From a virus (lineage: Duplodnaviria; Heunggongvirae; Uroviricota; Caudoviricetes): 7,153 nt of DNA. Both the position numbers and the translations under genes were made by a program. Shown here in pieces: positions 1 to 6,743 of the stretch. Below the pieces are notes generated by a model. The model was not told the DNA's origin. It ran no database searches and was given only the letters and a program-made list of their open reading frames with translations. The DNA is taken from positions 1 through 7,153 of the IMG/VR virus record IMGVR_UViG_2547132272_000010; one strand, written 5' to 3'. The first letter of the stretch is position 1. Each line of letters opens with the position of its first letter.

Positions 1-22
1 CTAAATCAGTAAGTTGGCAGCA

Positions 23-295
23 TCACCCAATAACAGTATACTTTTTCATCACAATATCATCTTTCGAAGCATGAGAAATAATCTGGTTTGATAAAGTATA
101 CTTAAAAAATTTAGCAATATCTGGAGCGATAGGAGCTTTAATGATTTTAAAATCGAATTTATCAACAACTCTTGCGGTTCTACTCATACCCGCTTTAAGA
201 TGTCTAGTAATGAAATACAACGATATTTTCGCCGCATCATCATCCTTAAGTTGCTCAGCATACTCTAATAATTCTTCAAGCTTTAACATTTTCAT
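23..295 (-). CDS. Hypothetical 90-aa soluble protein; second gene of the AT-rich two-gene cargo operon
   Basis: ATG at 295-293 (verified), stop TGA at 25-23. Start overlaps the upstream gene stop in an ATGA arrangement (292-295), implying translational coupling. Same AT-rich composition as the upstream gene. No recognisable motif. Confidence 0.6.
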   Translation of the reverse strand: MKMLKLEELLEYAEQLKDDDAAKISLYFITRHLKAGMSRTARVVDKFDFKIIKAPIAPDIAKFFKYTLSNQIISHASKDDIVMKKYTVIG

Positions 296-906
296 TCCTT
301 ATGGGATTCAGCATAAAAAAGTTTTGGGCCCACGTCCTCAACATCAAGAAGATCATCTTCCTCCAAATACTTTGATTTAGTCAAAACCATACCAGTGCGT
401 TTTTTGTCGCTTTCTAAATCCAAATATGTAACTTGATATAAAGTATAATTAATACTTATTGTAGGATTTATAAGTATCATGCTTGAATTAATATATATTA
501 AAGCCGTTACCGTTAACAATATTGCTATTGGTATAACATTAGTTAAAGTGGATAGATCCTGAAATACAAACGGAATTATATATGTAAAAAGATAGCTTAT
601 TGATTCATTGTTTTTATTTTCAATATCTATAACTCTTACAGTTCTACCACTAGTGGCGCATCGACGTTTTATATTTTTTAAAAAAATTGTTAATCCTACA
701 ATACCAAATAATGATAATACACCAATGACACTGACCGCGCCAAAGTATTTAAAGAAAATAGTTAATGATTCAACACTTATACCTTTCCAATTTAAATAGC
801 TTCTATAAGTATACAATTGCACAAAACACATGATAAAGAATAGGGGAAGGTATGACACTATAAATAGCGAAACTCTAGCACCTAAATGTAGTTTATTTAC
901 TCTCAT
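292..906 (-). CDS. Hypothetical 204-aa integral membrane protein with four predicted TM helices and an acidic C-terminal tail; first gene of the AT-rich cargo operon
   Basis: ATG at 906-904 (verified). Hydrophobic stretches at about residues 12-32, 55-76, 102-115 and 123-147, then a hydrophilic tail rich in E/D/K. Very AT-rich codon usage unlike the neighbouring prophage genes. No catalytic motif recognised. Confidence 0.65.
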   Translation of the reverse strand: MRVNKLHLGARVSLFIVSYLPLFFIMCFVQLYTYRSYLNWKGISVESLTIFFKYFGAVSVIGVLSLFGIVGLTIFLKNIKRRCATSGRTVRVIDIENKNNESISYLFTYIIPFVFQDLSTLTNVIPIAILLTVTALIYINSSMILINPTISINYTLYQVTYLDLESDKKRTGMVLTKSKYLEEDDLLDVEDVGPKLFYAESHKE

Positions 907-1168
907 AACTACCCCACAGCCTACACGTCTAGTATTTTATGTTATTTCGAATAATTATGCATCAGATTACCATCCTACAATTGTGCATAAAACGAGCATT
1001 TTGCTGATTTTTCTGCGGATGCCTGAGACAGACAACCTCAAGCACCCGCAGCAATTCTACTTAACTCTCCTTTTCCCGCAAACCGTTTTTATCCCCATCG
1101 GCAAATCGAATACACCACCAGCGCCACCGCCATCGCAATTCCTACCGTGGTGAATGCCTCAGGCCGGG

Positions 1169-1792
1169 TCATTGATTCACCTCCTGCGGTGGTTCCGGTA
1201 GCGGCATCCAGTGAGTTGAGCTCTCTACTTCGACGCCGTCTTTGTCCACAAAAGCCATCTTATTCCCGCCACGAGTGGGGCAAAAAACCTTATCCCATGA
1301 ACCGGGGAATACATTCCCGAGATCATCGCGAAGAATCACATCGCAATATTCAGCAGGAACTGCATCACTACAGCTTATCCAGCCAGCCGGAGTTCCCGGG
1401 GAGCTGGTTGACGTTTCCGAGATTTCCCGAAAATTGTTGGTTGACGAATTCTTATTTTCCCGGAAGTTTCCGGCCTGAAGCATGGCGACGCGGCAGGCGT
1501 TCCAGCCATCAGCATATGTTTCAGTTACACCGTCGAGATGACAAGTAAGCAAATCCATTTCATCAGGCACTACCATCGCTGGCGGCGCTGCGTAAAGCGG
1601 TGTTATTTCTGCCCGAAAGTCACCTATTTCATGCAGTCGCACACACCGCTCGACTTCTGCTTTGTCAGAATACATAGTGGTGAACGTATTATATTCATTG
1701 TCAATTTGCGTGAAGGTTGCCTTCCACGCCACTGGCTCTGCTTCCAGTGATGCCAGTGCTATTTTGAATAACTCGCACTCTACCCATGCCAT
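1169..1792 (-). CDS. DUF551-domain phage protein (C-terminal ...GWIS...THWMPLPEPP motif)
   Basis: C-terminal HWMPLPEPP motif typical of DUF551 proteins in enterobacterial prophages. The ORF track extends to 1963 but that start is TTG, lacks an RBS and overlaps the 72-aa ORF; the first in-frame ATG is at 1792-1790. An N-terminal extension (to 1963) cannot be excluded. Confidence 0.65.
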   Translation of the reverse strand: MAWVECELFKIALASLEAEPVAWKATFTQIDNEYNTFTTMYSDKAEVERCVRLHEIGDFRAEITPLYAAPPAMVVPDEMDLLTCHLDGVTETYADGWNACRVAMLQAGNFRENKNSSTNNFREISETSTSSPGTPAGWISCSDAVPAEYCDVILRDDLGNVFPGSWDKVFCPTRGGNKMAFVDKDGVEVESSTHWMPLPEPPQEVNQ

Positions 1793-1874
1793 CTCTGAAT
1801 TGGGGTGACATTTCGCAACCGCTATTTTTAATTTGGCTTCTTCAATTAATTGTTCTTTGGTTAATTCAGTTATT

Positions 1875-2093
1875 TCAGTTTTCCTTATATGGATTAATTT
1901 TGTTGTGTAGCGCCCTGAATGGTTCCCATACCATATCGATATACAGTTCAACAATCGGCTCAAATATTTTTCCGATTATCCAAATCAGAAACAGCAGGTT
2001 TATCGGTATCATCAACACGATAAACAGAATGAGAAACAGAAATTCTGTTGTTCTACTCTTTCGCGGATATTTTTTTCTAAATAATGTGACCAT
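1875..2093 (-). CDS. Small (72 aa) single-pass membrane protein in an AT-rich islet; possible moron
   Basis: ATG at 2093-2091 (verified). Basic N-terminus (RKKYPRKSR) followed by a ~24-residue hydrophobic helix, consistent with the positive-inside rule. Weak RBS; AT-richness inflates hydrophobic ORFs, so confidence is modest. Confidence 0.4.
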   Translation of the reverse strand: MVTLFRKKYPRKSRTTEFLFLILFIVLMIPINLLFLIWIIGKIFEPIVELYIDMVWEPFRALHNKINPYKEN

Positions 2094-2187
2094 TCATTAC
2101 CGCCCTTTCAGGCGGCCTCCCGATGTTCTGAGGGTGCAGAAATCCCTCCGGTTAAGGATTAAATTTTATTTACAACACTAAATTTAA

Positions 2188-2742
2188 TTATTCAGGCGCG
2201 CGAATCTGTTCCGCACAATGCAACAATGCTTCTGTCACTTCCTTAAGCGTTACGGTATCGGCATCATCCAGTCCTGCAACTTTTGCGTGCCTGACAAACG
2301 CCGCGCGAAGCTCGTTAAACGCCACCGCCCGTACATCAGCCAGGAAAGCATCTGTAGCCGAGGTTTGCGGCATACCTCCGTCTGTTGCGCAGATATACGC
2401 ATCAGATAGTTCATCCTGCTCGCCATCAAACACGTAGCAACTCTGTACGATAAATTTATTCAGCTCCGCATTCTCCGCCGCAAGTGCAGCAAGATTAGTC
2501 TCCAGCTCTGCAATGCGTTTGCTTTGGGCTTCCCGTTCATCAAGCACTGCCAGCACGGTAGCCGGATTGGCTGCTGCTATGAATCGCTTATTGGCGCGAT
2601 TATCTGGTCCTGAGCATGATGCTATGTAGTAATTTGCGTTCAGTCCGGCATCAGCAATTAACCCATAATCATCAGAACACCATTCGCCAGGGGTTGCATT
2701 TTCTGCCGCCATTCGCAGTGCCTGGTAATTAATGTTGCTCAC
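2188..2742 (-). CDS. ead/Ea22-like family phage protein
   Basis: N-terminal ...[18 protein letters not shown]... resembles the ead/Ea22-like family, with a coiled-coil-like middle ([20 protein letters not shown]). The ORF-track start at 2772 is TTG; GTG at 2742-2740 is preceded by AGGAGG at good spacing and is preferred; ATG at 2712 is an alternative. Overlaps the upstream gene end. Confidence 0.65.
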   Translation of the reverse strand: MSNINYQALRMAAENATPGEWCSDDYGLIADAGLNANYYIASCSGPDNRANKRFIAAANPATVLAVLDEREAQSKRIAELETNLAALAAENAELNKFIVQSCYVFDGEQDELSDAYICATDGGMPQTSATDAFLADVRAVAFNELRAAFVRHAKVAGLDDADTVTLKEVTEALLHCAEQIRAPE

Positions 2743-3472
2743 TGGTTTCCTCCTGGCAAAGCTGGGCGACAATATCGCGATATTTATTCAGCTCCCGCAG
2801 CGCGCCACAGACTCGCTCCCATTTCCGGATATCACTTTTCGCCCGACGCAGTTCGCGGTTTGCCTGTCGCAGCGATGGCAGAACCAGATTATCCACTCGC
2901 TTCTCAAGCGGCTGCACAATGTCCGCCACAGTTTCTGTTTTAATATCTTCCTGTGTTGCAGCTTCCTGTACTGGTAACGCAACACATGCAGGCTGAGGAA
3001 AGGCTTTACCATCAGTTTCCGCTACCGATGCCGTTTTCGGCTCTGCTGGTAAATTACCGCCCGGCATGCAGTAACGAAATTTACCGTTCTGATTAACACG
3101 AATCAGACGACCTTTGCTGATTGCCATTGCCAGCGTTGAAGCCACTTTGCGGGATGTTGTACCGAACAGCGTAGCCAGTTCATCCGCCGTTTGTGATCCG
3201 CGTTGTTCAATCGTCGCGGTTAAATCGCACTCTGAGATTTTCGCTACTGTCGCCGTGGTGGTTTCTTCCGGCTGTTCTTCTGGCGCTGGCTGTTCCTGCT
3301 GAACGTTGTTATCAGCCACACGCCAGGTGTATACGCTTTTATCAACGAAGCCAGCCTTTTTCAGTTCCCACAGCTCGTTCAGTACTTCTTCACGACTGAT
3401 ATCAAGTCGCGCAGCCAGCTCTACCGACGTGGCTTTTCCCATCGCTTTCAGTGCGTCAAAAACAGTCTCCAT
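2729..3472 (-). CDS. Phage winged-helix protein, DUF1627-like (two wHTH-like segments separated by an acidic/Q-rich linker)
   Basis: ATG at 3472-3470 (verified), preceded by GGGAGG. N-terminal ...[28 protein letters not shown]... and a second HTH-like ...[28 protein letters not shown]... Family name is from memory, not a search. Confidence 0.7.
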   Translation of the reverse strand: METVFDALKAMGKATSVELAARLDISREEVLNELWELKKAGFVDKSVYTWRVADNNVQQEQPAPEEQPEETTTATVAKISECDLTATIEQRGSQTADELATLFGTTSRKVASTLAMAISKGRLIRVNQNGKFRYCMPGGNLPAEPKTASVAETDGKAFPQPACVALPVQEAATQEDIKTETVADIVQPLEKRVDNLVLPSLRQANRELRRAKSDIRKWERVCGALRELNKYRDIVAQLCQEETSEQH

Positions 3473-3492
3473 AAATTTCCTCCCGGTAAAAA

Positions 3493-4239
3493 TTACTTTT
3501 CAATACCTGGCTGACCAACATTCGGGCGCCAGCTCTCCCAGTTAAAATTCACCCAGCGCCCGCCGTTCATGGTCATGCGATCCATAATCCGCTCGCCGAG
3601 CAATGTTTTCATGGCCTCATAGTTCAGGTTTGTCAGCATTCCCACGCTACGCATCGACGCTGTCCGTCGATCAATAATCTGGTGCAGTACCACCTGCTCG
3701 TTTTTCGTCTCGCGCTGAATGCCAATTTCATCAAGAACCAGCAGCTCCACTTCGCACAGTTCCCGCAAAAATTTTTCGCCTGACTGCCCGTCGTCATAGC
3801 TGGCGTGCAGGGCGCTCATAACATCAGCCACGGTAACCACAATCACTGTCTGACCGTCTTTCAGCAGGCGATTCCCGATAGCTGCCGCTAAGTGATTCTT
3901 CCCGGTACCAGGTTTTCCGCTGAATGCAAAATTTGTACACCCGGTCATCAGTTCATCGGCGATGGATTTCGCCTGGCTTAACGCGTATCGCTGGCCGTCG
4001 TTCTGCACCTGGTAATTCGCAAACGAGCATTTACGGTGCAACGGCTGGATGCCTGAGCGATTCAGAATTTTTTCCACCCGCAACTGGCGATTCAGGCGGT
4101 TGATCTCCTCGCTACGTTTCTGGCCTTCAGCAAGTTGCCACTCGCGCCACTCCGCAACCGTTCTGAATGGAGCGGTTACATGTGGTGGGGCCAGTCTGCG
4201 GATACGCTCCAGAACGCCTCCTGTCGCAATATTTTTCAT
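3493..4239 (-). CDS. ydaV: DnaC-like replicative helicase loader (phage P-equivalent), AAA+ ATPase
   Basis: 248 aa; Walker [18 protein letters not shown] (the GKN variant also found in E. coli DnaC), Walker B LLVLDEIG, and a C-terminus closely resembling DnaC (...GERIMDRM...). ATG at 4239-4237 (verified) with an upstream AGGGGG. Confidence 0.88.
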   Translation of the reverse strand: MKNIATGGVLERIRRLAPPHVTAPFRTVAEWREWQLAEGQKRSEEINRLNRQLRVEKILNRSGIQPLHRKCSFANYQVQNDGQRYALSQAKSIADELMTGCTNFAFSGKPGTGKNHLAAAIGNRLLKDGQTVIVVTVADVMSALHASYDDGQSGEKFLRELCEVELLVLDEIGIQRETKNEQVVLHQIIDRRTASMRSVGMLTNLNYEAMKTLLGERIMDRMTMNGGRWVNFNWESWRPNVGQPGIEK

Positions 4240-4245
4240 GGTCTG

Positions 4246-5034
4246 TTACCCCCTGAAGCCTGGCGGGATCGCACTGTCCGGCAACGAGACGGTGTTAACC
4301 TGTCGGAGCAACGTCTCAGGCCGAACACCTTTCGGCGCGAACAGGCCCTGGTATTCATTGGCGATGCTGTGTCGAATCACCTGCTCAGGTGTAAAACCCT
4401 GCTGACGGAATTTTTCCAGTTCCCGTATCGCCCCGTTAGCGCCCTGCTCCGTTCGAATCGGTTTTCGCAATGCCTGTCTGAACCGGACCCACTCATGCCA
4501 GAGTGTTTCCGGCAACCAATCGGGCAGCTCAATAGCCTCCGGCTCGAATTTTTTAGACGCTCGTTTTTGGCGAGGGGGATTTAGGGGGAGATCAGTATTT
4601 AGATCTTCCTCTTCCTCTTCCTCTGGTAACGCTTTTTGATCCGTTTGTGTAACGCCGGCAGCGTTACCTTTTCGTTTCAGTTCACGTATTTTTGTAACTC
4701 GCTCGTTTGTAACCGCCCGTTTTTTAGAGCTTTTTCCGTTATGGCGTTCAAAGTTAGGTAGAGAAAGCCCAACGTCATTTTCGACCAGCCATCCAACCTG
4801 AATTAACGCATCAGCAAAACCAGCCATAAAAGTGATGCGATCTATTGCACTTTTTGTAACGCCGCGAGCGTTACAATCTGCATTACCGTCTATCATTTGT
4901 TGATCCGCCCATGCCCAGAAGCGAATAACCTTCCCTAATGCGGCATCTGGATCAATATTCAGAATCTCAGCAAGCCTGAATATTTCCGGCTTATCCGGCG
5001 TAATAACCTCGAGCTTTATCCAGTTTGAAGCCAT
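4246..5034 (-). CDS. ydaU: YdaU-like replication initiation protein (lambda O-equivalent), two domains joined by an EEEEEE linker
   Basis: Sits between the CII-like gene and the DnaC-like loader, as O sits before P. ATG at 5034-5032 (verified), AAGGTGA RBS. Contains internal 21-bp palindromes and an acidic linker, as in ori-within-O genes. Family assignment is by synteny and memory. Confidence 0.75.
   Translation of the reverse strand: MASNWIKLEVITPDKPEIFRLAEILNIDPDAALGKVIRFWAWADQQMIDGNADCNARGVTKSAIDRITFMAGFADALIQVGWLVENDVGLSLPNFERHNGKSSKKRAVTNERVTKIRELKRKGNAAGVTQTDQKALPEEEEEEDLNTDLPLNPPRQKRASKKFEPEAIELPDWLPETLWHEWVRFRQALRKPIRTEQGANGAIRELEKFRQQGFTPEQVIRHSIANEYQGLFAPKGVRPETLLRQVNTVSLPDSAIPPGFRG
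4648..4668. repeat. 21-bp palindrome TGTAACGC-CGGCA-GCGTTAC(C), copy 1, inside the ydaU-like gene
   Basis: Read directly from the sequence. Flanked by further GTAACGC / TTGTAAC half-sites at 4626-4632, 4692-4698 and 4707-4713. Confidence 0.7.
4855..4875. repeat. 21-bp palindrome TGTAACGC-CGCGA-GCGTTACA, copy 2, inside the ydaU-like gene
   Basis: Perfect 8-bp arms; read directly from the sequence. Encodes NARGVT on the coding strand. Confidence 0.7.
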
Positions 5035-5046
5035 TTGTTTTCACCT

Positions 5047-5067
5047 TGTAACGCTCGCAGCGTTACA
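5047..5067. repeat. 21-bp palindrome TGTAACGC-TCGCA-GCGTTACA, copy 3, in the ydaT-ydaU intergenic region just upstream of the ydaU-like RBS
   Basis: Perfect 8-bp arms; lies about 13 nt upstream of the ydaU-like start codon, adjacent to the AAGGTGA RBS. Confidence 0.7.
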
Positions 5068-5111
5068 TTTAACTGATACCGAACAAAACAATCCGGCACG
5101 ATTAATTTCAA

Positions 5112-5534
5112 TCAATGCACTACGACAGAATCACCGGACGACCCACCACCGCTGAAATGTGCTTTCCGGTAAACGGCCTGGACTGCATCATCATGCGCAT
5201 CAATTGCCGTACTCAACGCTTCCTGCGCCGCCAGTAATGCACGGCGTTCCAGGGTATCGAAGATGCAGAGTCGGTGACGCAGCTCGCGCGGAAGAATTGC
5301 CAGAACCGCAGGGATCAGTGTCTGAATTTTTTCCCTTTGCGCTTTCGTTTCACCTTTTAACCAACGGTGATAGATGTTCTGCTGATTATTCCAGTCCTTG
5401 CCTGGTACCAGGGGCAATTCGCCGCCCCCCTGGCGCAGATATTCTTCAGTAATTGCATTGGCTACCCATGCCTGCCCTTTTTCAGCGGCCAGGGCTAACA
5501 GCACTGATTCGATGTGCTCATGCCTGATTTTCAT
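5112..5534 (-). CDS. ydaT: YdaT (140 aa), CII-like regulator / reported toxin of Rac-type prophages
   Basis: 140 aa, matching YdaT length; immediately downstream of the Cro-like gene and overlapping it by 17 nt. ATG at 5534-5532 (verified) with AGGAG about 9 nt upstream. Confidence 0.82.
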   Translation of the reverse strand: MKIRHEHIESVLLALAAEKGQAWVANAITEEYLRQGGGELPLVPGKDWNNQQNIYHRWLKGETKAQREKIQTLIPAVLAILPRELRHRLCIFDTLERRALLAAQEALSTAIDAHDDAVQAVYRKAHFSGGGSSGDSVVVH

Positions 5535-5793
5535 GAATCAACTCCTGTGCATTTTGTGTGTTAGCCTTACATCCAACAGGTAAACCATCGGTCGGATTCG
5601 GGTAGATATCAGGCCGGAGTTCATGAGGTGTAACCTCGAAATTCGTAGCCTCTGCGATACGCAATACCTTTTCAGGGCTTAACTGACTACGTCCAGTAGC
5701 AACGAGGCTAATCATTGATTGCGAACAACCAGCCAGCGCGGCCAAACAAGACTGTCGTACACGATTTTTTTTCAAATATTCATCTAATGTCAT
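5518..5793 (-). CDS. ydaS: YdaS, Cro-like HTH regulator (XRE/YdaS family)
   Basis: HTH segment QSCLAALAGCSQSMISLVATGRSQ and a ...TPHELRPDIYP... motif. The ORF-track start (ATG 5832) has no RBS; the in-frame ATG at 5793-5791 is preceded by AAGGTGA, so the shorter 91-aa form is called. Divergent from the repressor gene. Confidence 0.8.
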   Translation of the reverse strand: MTLDEYLKKNRVRQSCLAALAGCSQSMISLVATGRSQLSPEKVLRIAEATNFEVTPHELRPDIYPNPTDGLPVGCKANTQNAQELIHENQA

Positions 5794-5897
5794 AAGGGTC
5801 ACCTTAGTAATATTCGCCAAAATATTAACCATACTAATTTAAATGATCAATACTTATATCAGTTTGAGATTATGAGCTGTGTTCATAAGATGGTGGT
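5794..5897. promoter_or_regulatory. Divergent control region between ydaS (-) and racR (+), with two inverted-repeat operator candidates and predicted promoters
   Basis: IR1 TAATATT-N6-AATATTA at 5808-5827; IR2 TTATGA-N7-TCATAA at 5870-5888. Predicted minus-strand promoter for ydaS: -35 TTGATC (complement of 5845-5850), 17-nt spacer, -10 TAATAT (complement of 5822-5827), overlapping IR1. Possible racR promoter: TTGAGA-like -35 near 5865-5870 and TAAGAT-like -10 near 5887-5892. Confidence 0.5.
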
Positions 5898-6362
5898 ATG
5901 AGAAGAAAACGCGAAGAAATCGCATCGCCAGAAGCTACGCAGCGTCTACGCGGAATATGGGATGCAAAAAAAAGAGAGCTCAAATTGACTCAGGAGCTTG
6001 CTGCCGAGCTAATGGGCTTTGAGACGCAATCTACGGTTAGCCACTATCTCAACGGAAAGGCTCCACTTAACACTGATGCGGCATTAAAATTCGCAGTATT
6101 GCTAAGAGTTAAGCCTGAAGACTTGAGGCCTGATTTAGCTGATCTGATGAATTACGTCCGTTCATCTGGAACTTATGACGAAAGTTTCGAAGGCGAAGGG
6201 TGGCGGATGGTTAACAAGCAACAAGCTGATTTACTGGATCTTTTTGATATCCTCCCCGAATCAGAAAAAGCAAAACTAATCGAAAGGCTTAAAGGCCAGA
6301 ATGAACTCTACAAAGAAGCGTTTGAAAATATGCTGGCAGCTCAGAAACGCATGAAGAAATAG
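5898..6362 (+). CDS. racR: RacR-like prophage repressor (CI-equivalent), HTH protein
   Basis: 154 aa; HTH-like segment LTQELAAELMGFETQSTVSHYLNGK. Divergent from ydaS-ydaT, the classic Rac immunity arrangement. ATG at 5898 with stop TAG at 6360-6362, followed by an intrinsic terminator. Confidence 0.82.
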   Translation: MRRKREEIASPEATQRLRGIWDAKKRELKLTQELAAELMGFETQSTVSHYLNGKAPLNTDAALKFAVLLRVKPEDLRPDLADLMNYVRSSGTYDESFEGEGWRMVNKQQADLLDLFDILPESEKAKLIERLKGQNELYKEAFENMLAAQKRMKK

Positions 6363-6382
6363 CCCCCACTACCTCGTAACTA

Positions 6383-6407
6383 AACCGCCATCCCTGGCGG
6401 TTTTTTT
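6383..6407 (+). terminator. Rho-independent terminator downstream of racR
   Basis: Perfect 8-bp stem AACCGCCA / TGGCGGTT (6383-6390 with 6395-6402), 4-nt loop TCCC, followed by a T7 run (6401-6407). Confidence 0.85.
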
Positions 6408-6477
6408 GTCCCCTGCGCCCCCATCGCCTTACTTTTTTATCAAAAAAAACACTAAAATTTTCATTAGGATAGTACAT

Positions 6478-6540
6478 TTTTATCAACAAAATGCATATTT
6501 ATGTTGATCATCAATATGAATATAACTAATATTATTGCAG
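6478..6540 (+). promoter_or_regulatory. Putative promoter and operator for the ydaG-ydaF small-gene pair
   Basis: -35 TTGATC (6504-6509), 17-nt spacer, -10 TAATAT (6527-6532), the same hexamer pair as the predicted ydaS promoter. Inverted repeat ATCAACA-N13-TGTTGAT (6482-6508) overlaps the -35. AT-rich UP-like tract upstream. Inferred by eye. Confidence 0.35.
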
Positions 6541-6598
6541 AAGCAGCACGGCGCTGTAGGTTTTAGTTCCGCCACCCGGCGTTAAGGGGAGAGATAAG

Positions 6599-6733
6599 AT
6601 GGTGCATTACGAAGTAGTTCAGTATTTGATGGATTGTTGCGGTATCACTTACAACCAGGCTGTGCAGGCTTTACGCAGCAACGACTGGGATCTCTGGCAG
6701 GCAGAAGCCTCTATCCGCAACAACAAAATGTGA
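6599..6733 (+). CDS. ydaG: YdaG-like small protein (44 aa)
   Basis: ATG at 6599, stop TGA at 6731-6733; SD AAGGGGAG about 8 nt upstream. Translation MVHYEVVQYLMDCCGITYNQAVQALRSNDWDLWQAEASIRNNKM. Absent from the ORF track (below its size cutoff). Position downstream of racR matches Rac synteny. Confidence 0.65.
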   Translation: MVHYEVVQYLMDCCGITYNQAVQALRSNDWDLWQAEASIRNNKM

Positions 6734-6743
6734 GGTGCGAAAA

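Noticed and set aside
141-799. Plus-strand ORFs 141..380 and 608..799 within the AT-rich cargo
   Set aside because: Antisense to the two minus-strand cargo genes, with no RBS and low-complexity translations.
830-1750. Plus-strand ORFs 830..1153, 1147..1548, 1242..1478 and 1538..1750
   Set aside because: They lie antisense to the DUF551 gene or span intergenic sequence, have low-complexity proline- and arginine-rich translations and no ribosome-binding sites; treated as shadow ORFs.
2100-2148. Two short hairpins (CCGCC-N6-GGCGG at 2100-2115; GAGGG-N9-CCCTC at 2130-2148) considered as terminators
   Set aside because: Neither is followed by a U-run on either strand, so they are not intrinsic terminators; at most local mRNA structure.
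1786-2181. Plus-strand 131-aa ORF in the AT-rich islet
   Set aside because: Its hydrophobic, low-complexity translation is typical of a T-rich strand read in frame; it opposes the operon direction and overlaps the more plausible minus-strand 72-aa ORF.
2732-3545. ORFs 2732..2977(+), 2788..3012(-), 3114..3302(+), 3193..3399(+) and 3306..3545(+)
   Set aside because: All are embedded in or antisense to the DUF1627-like gene, and several are serine- or cysteine-rich artefacts of the opposite frame.
4049-4584. Plus-strand ORFs 4049..4405 and 4135..4584
   Set aside because: Antisense shadows of the ydaV-like and ydaU-like genes.
5159-5583. Plus-strand ORFs 5159..5452 and 5398..5583
   Set aside because: Antisense to ydaT and ydaS, proline- and arginine-rich, with no RBS.
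5794-5832. Longer ydaS form starting at ATG 5832
   Set aside because: No RBS upstream of 5832, and the extension would run through the operator/promoter inverted repeat; the ATG at 5793 has an AAGGTGA RBS.
6289-6489. Minus-strand 66-aa ORF overlapping the racR 3' end and terminator
   Set aside because: It runs antisense through the racR terminator hairpin and the AT-rich promoter region, with no RBS.
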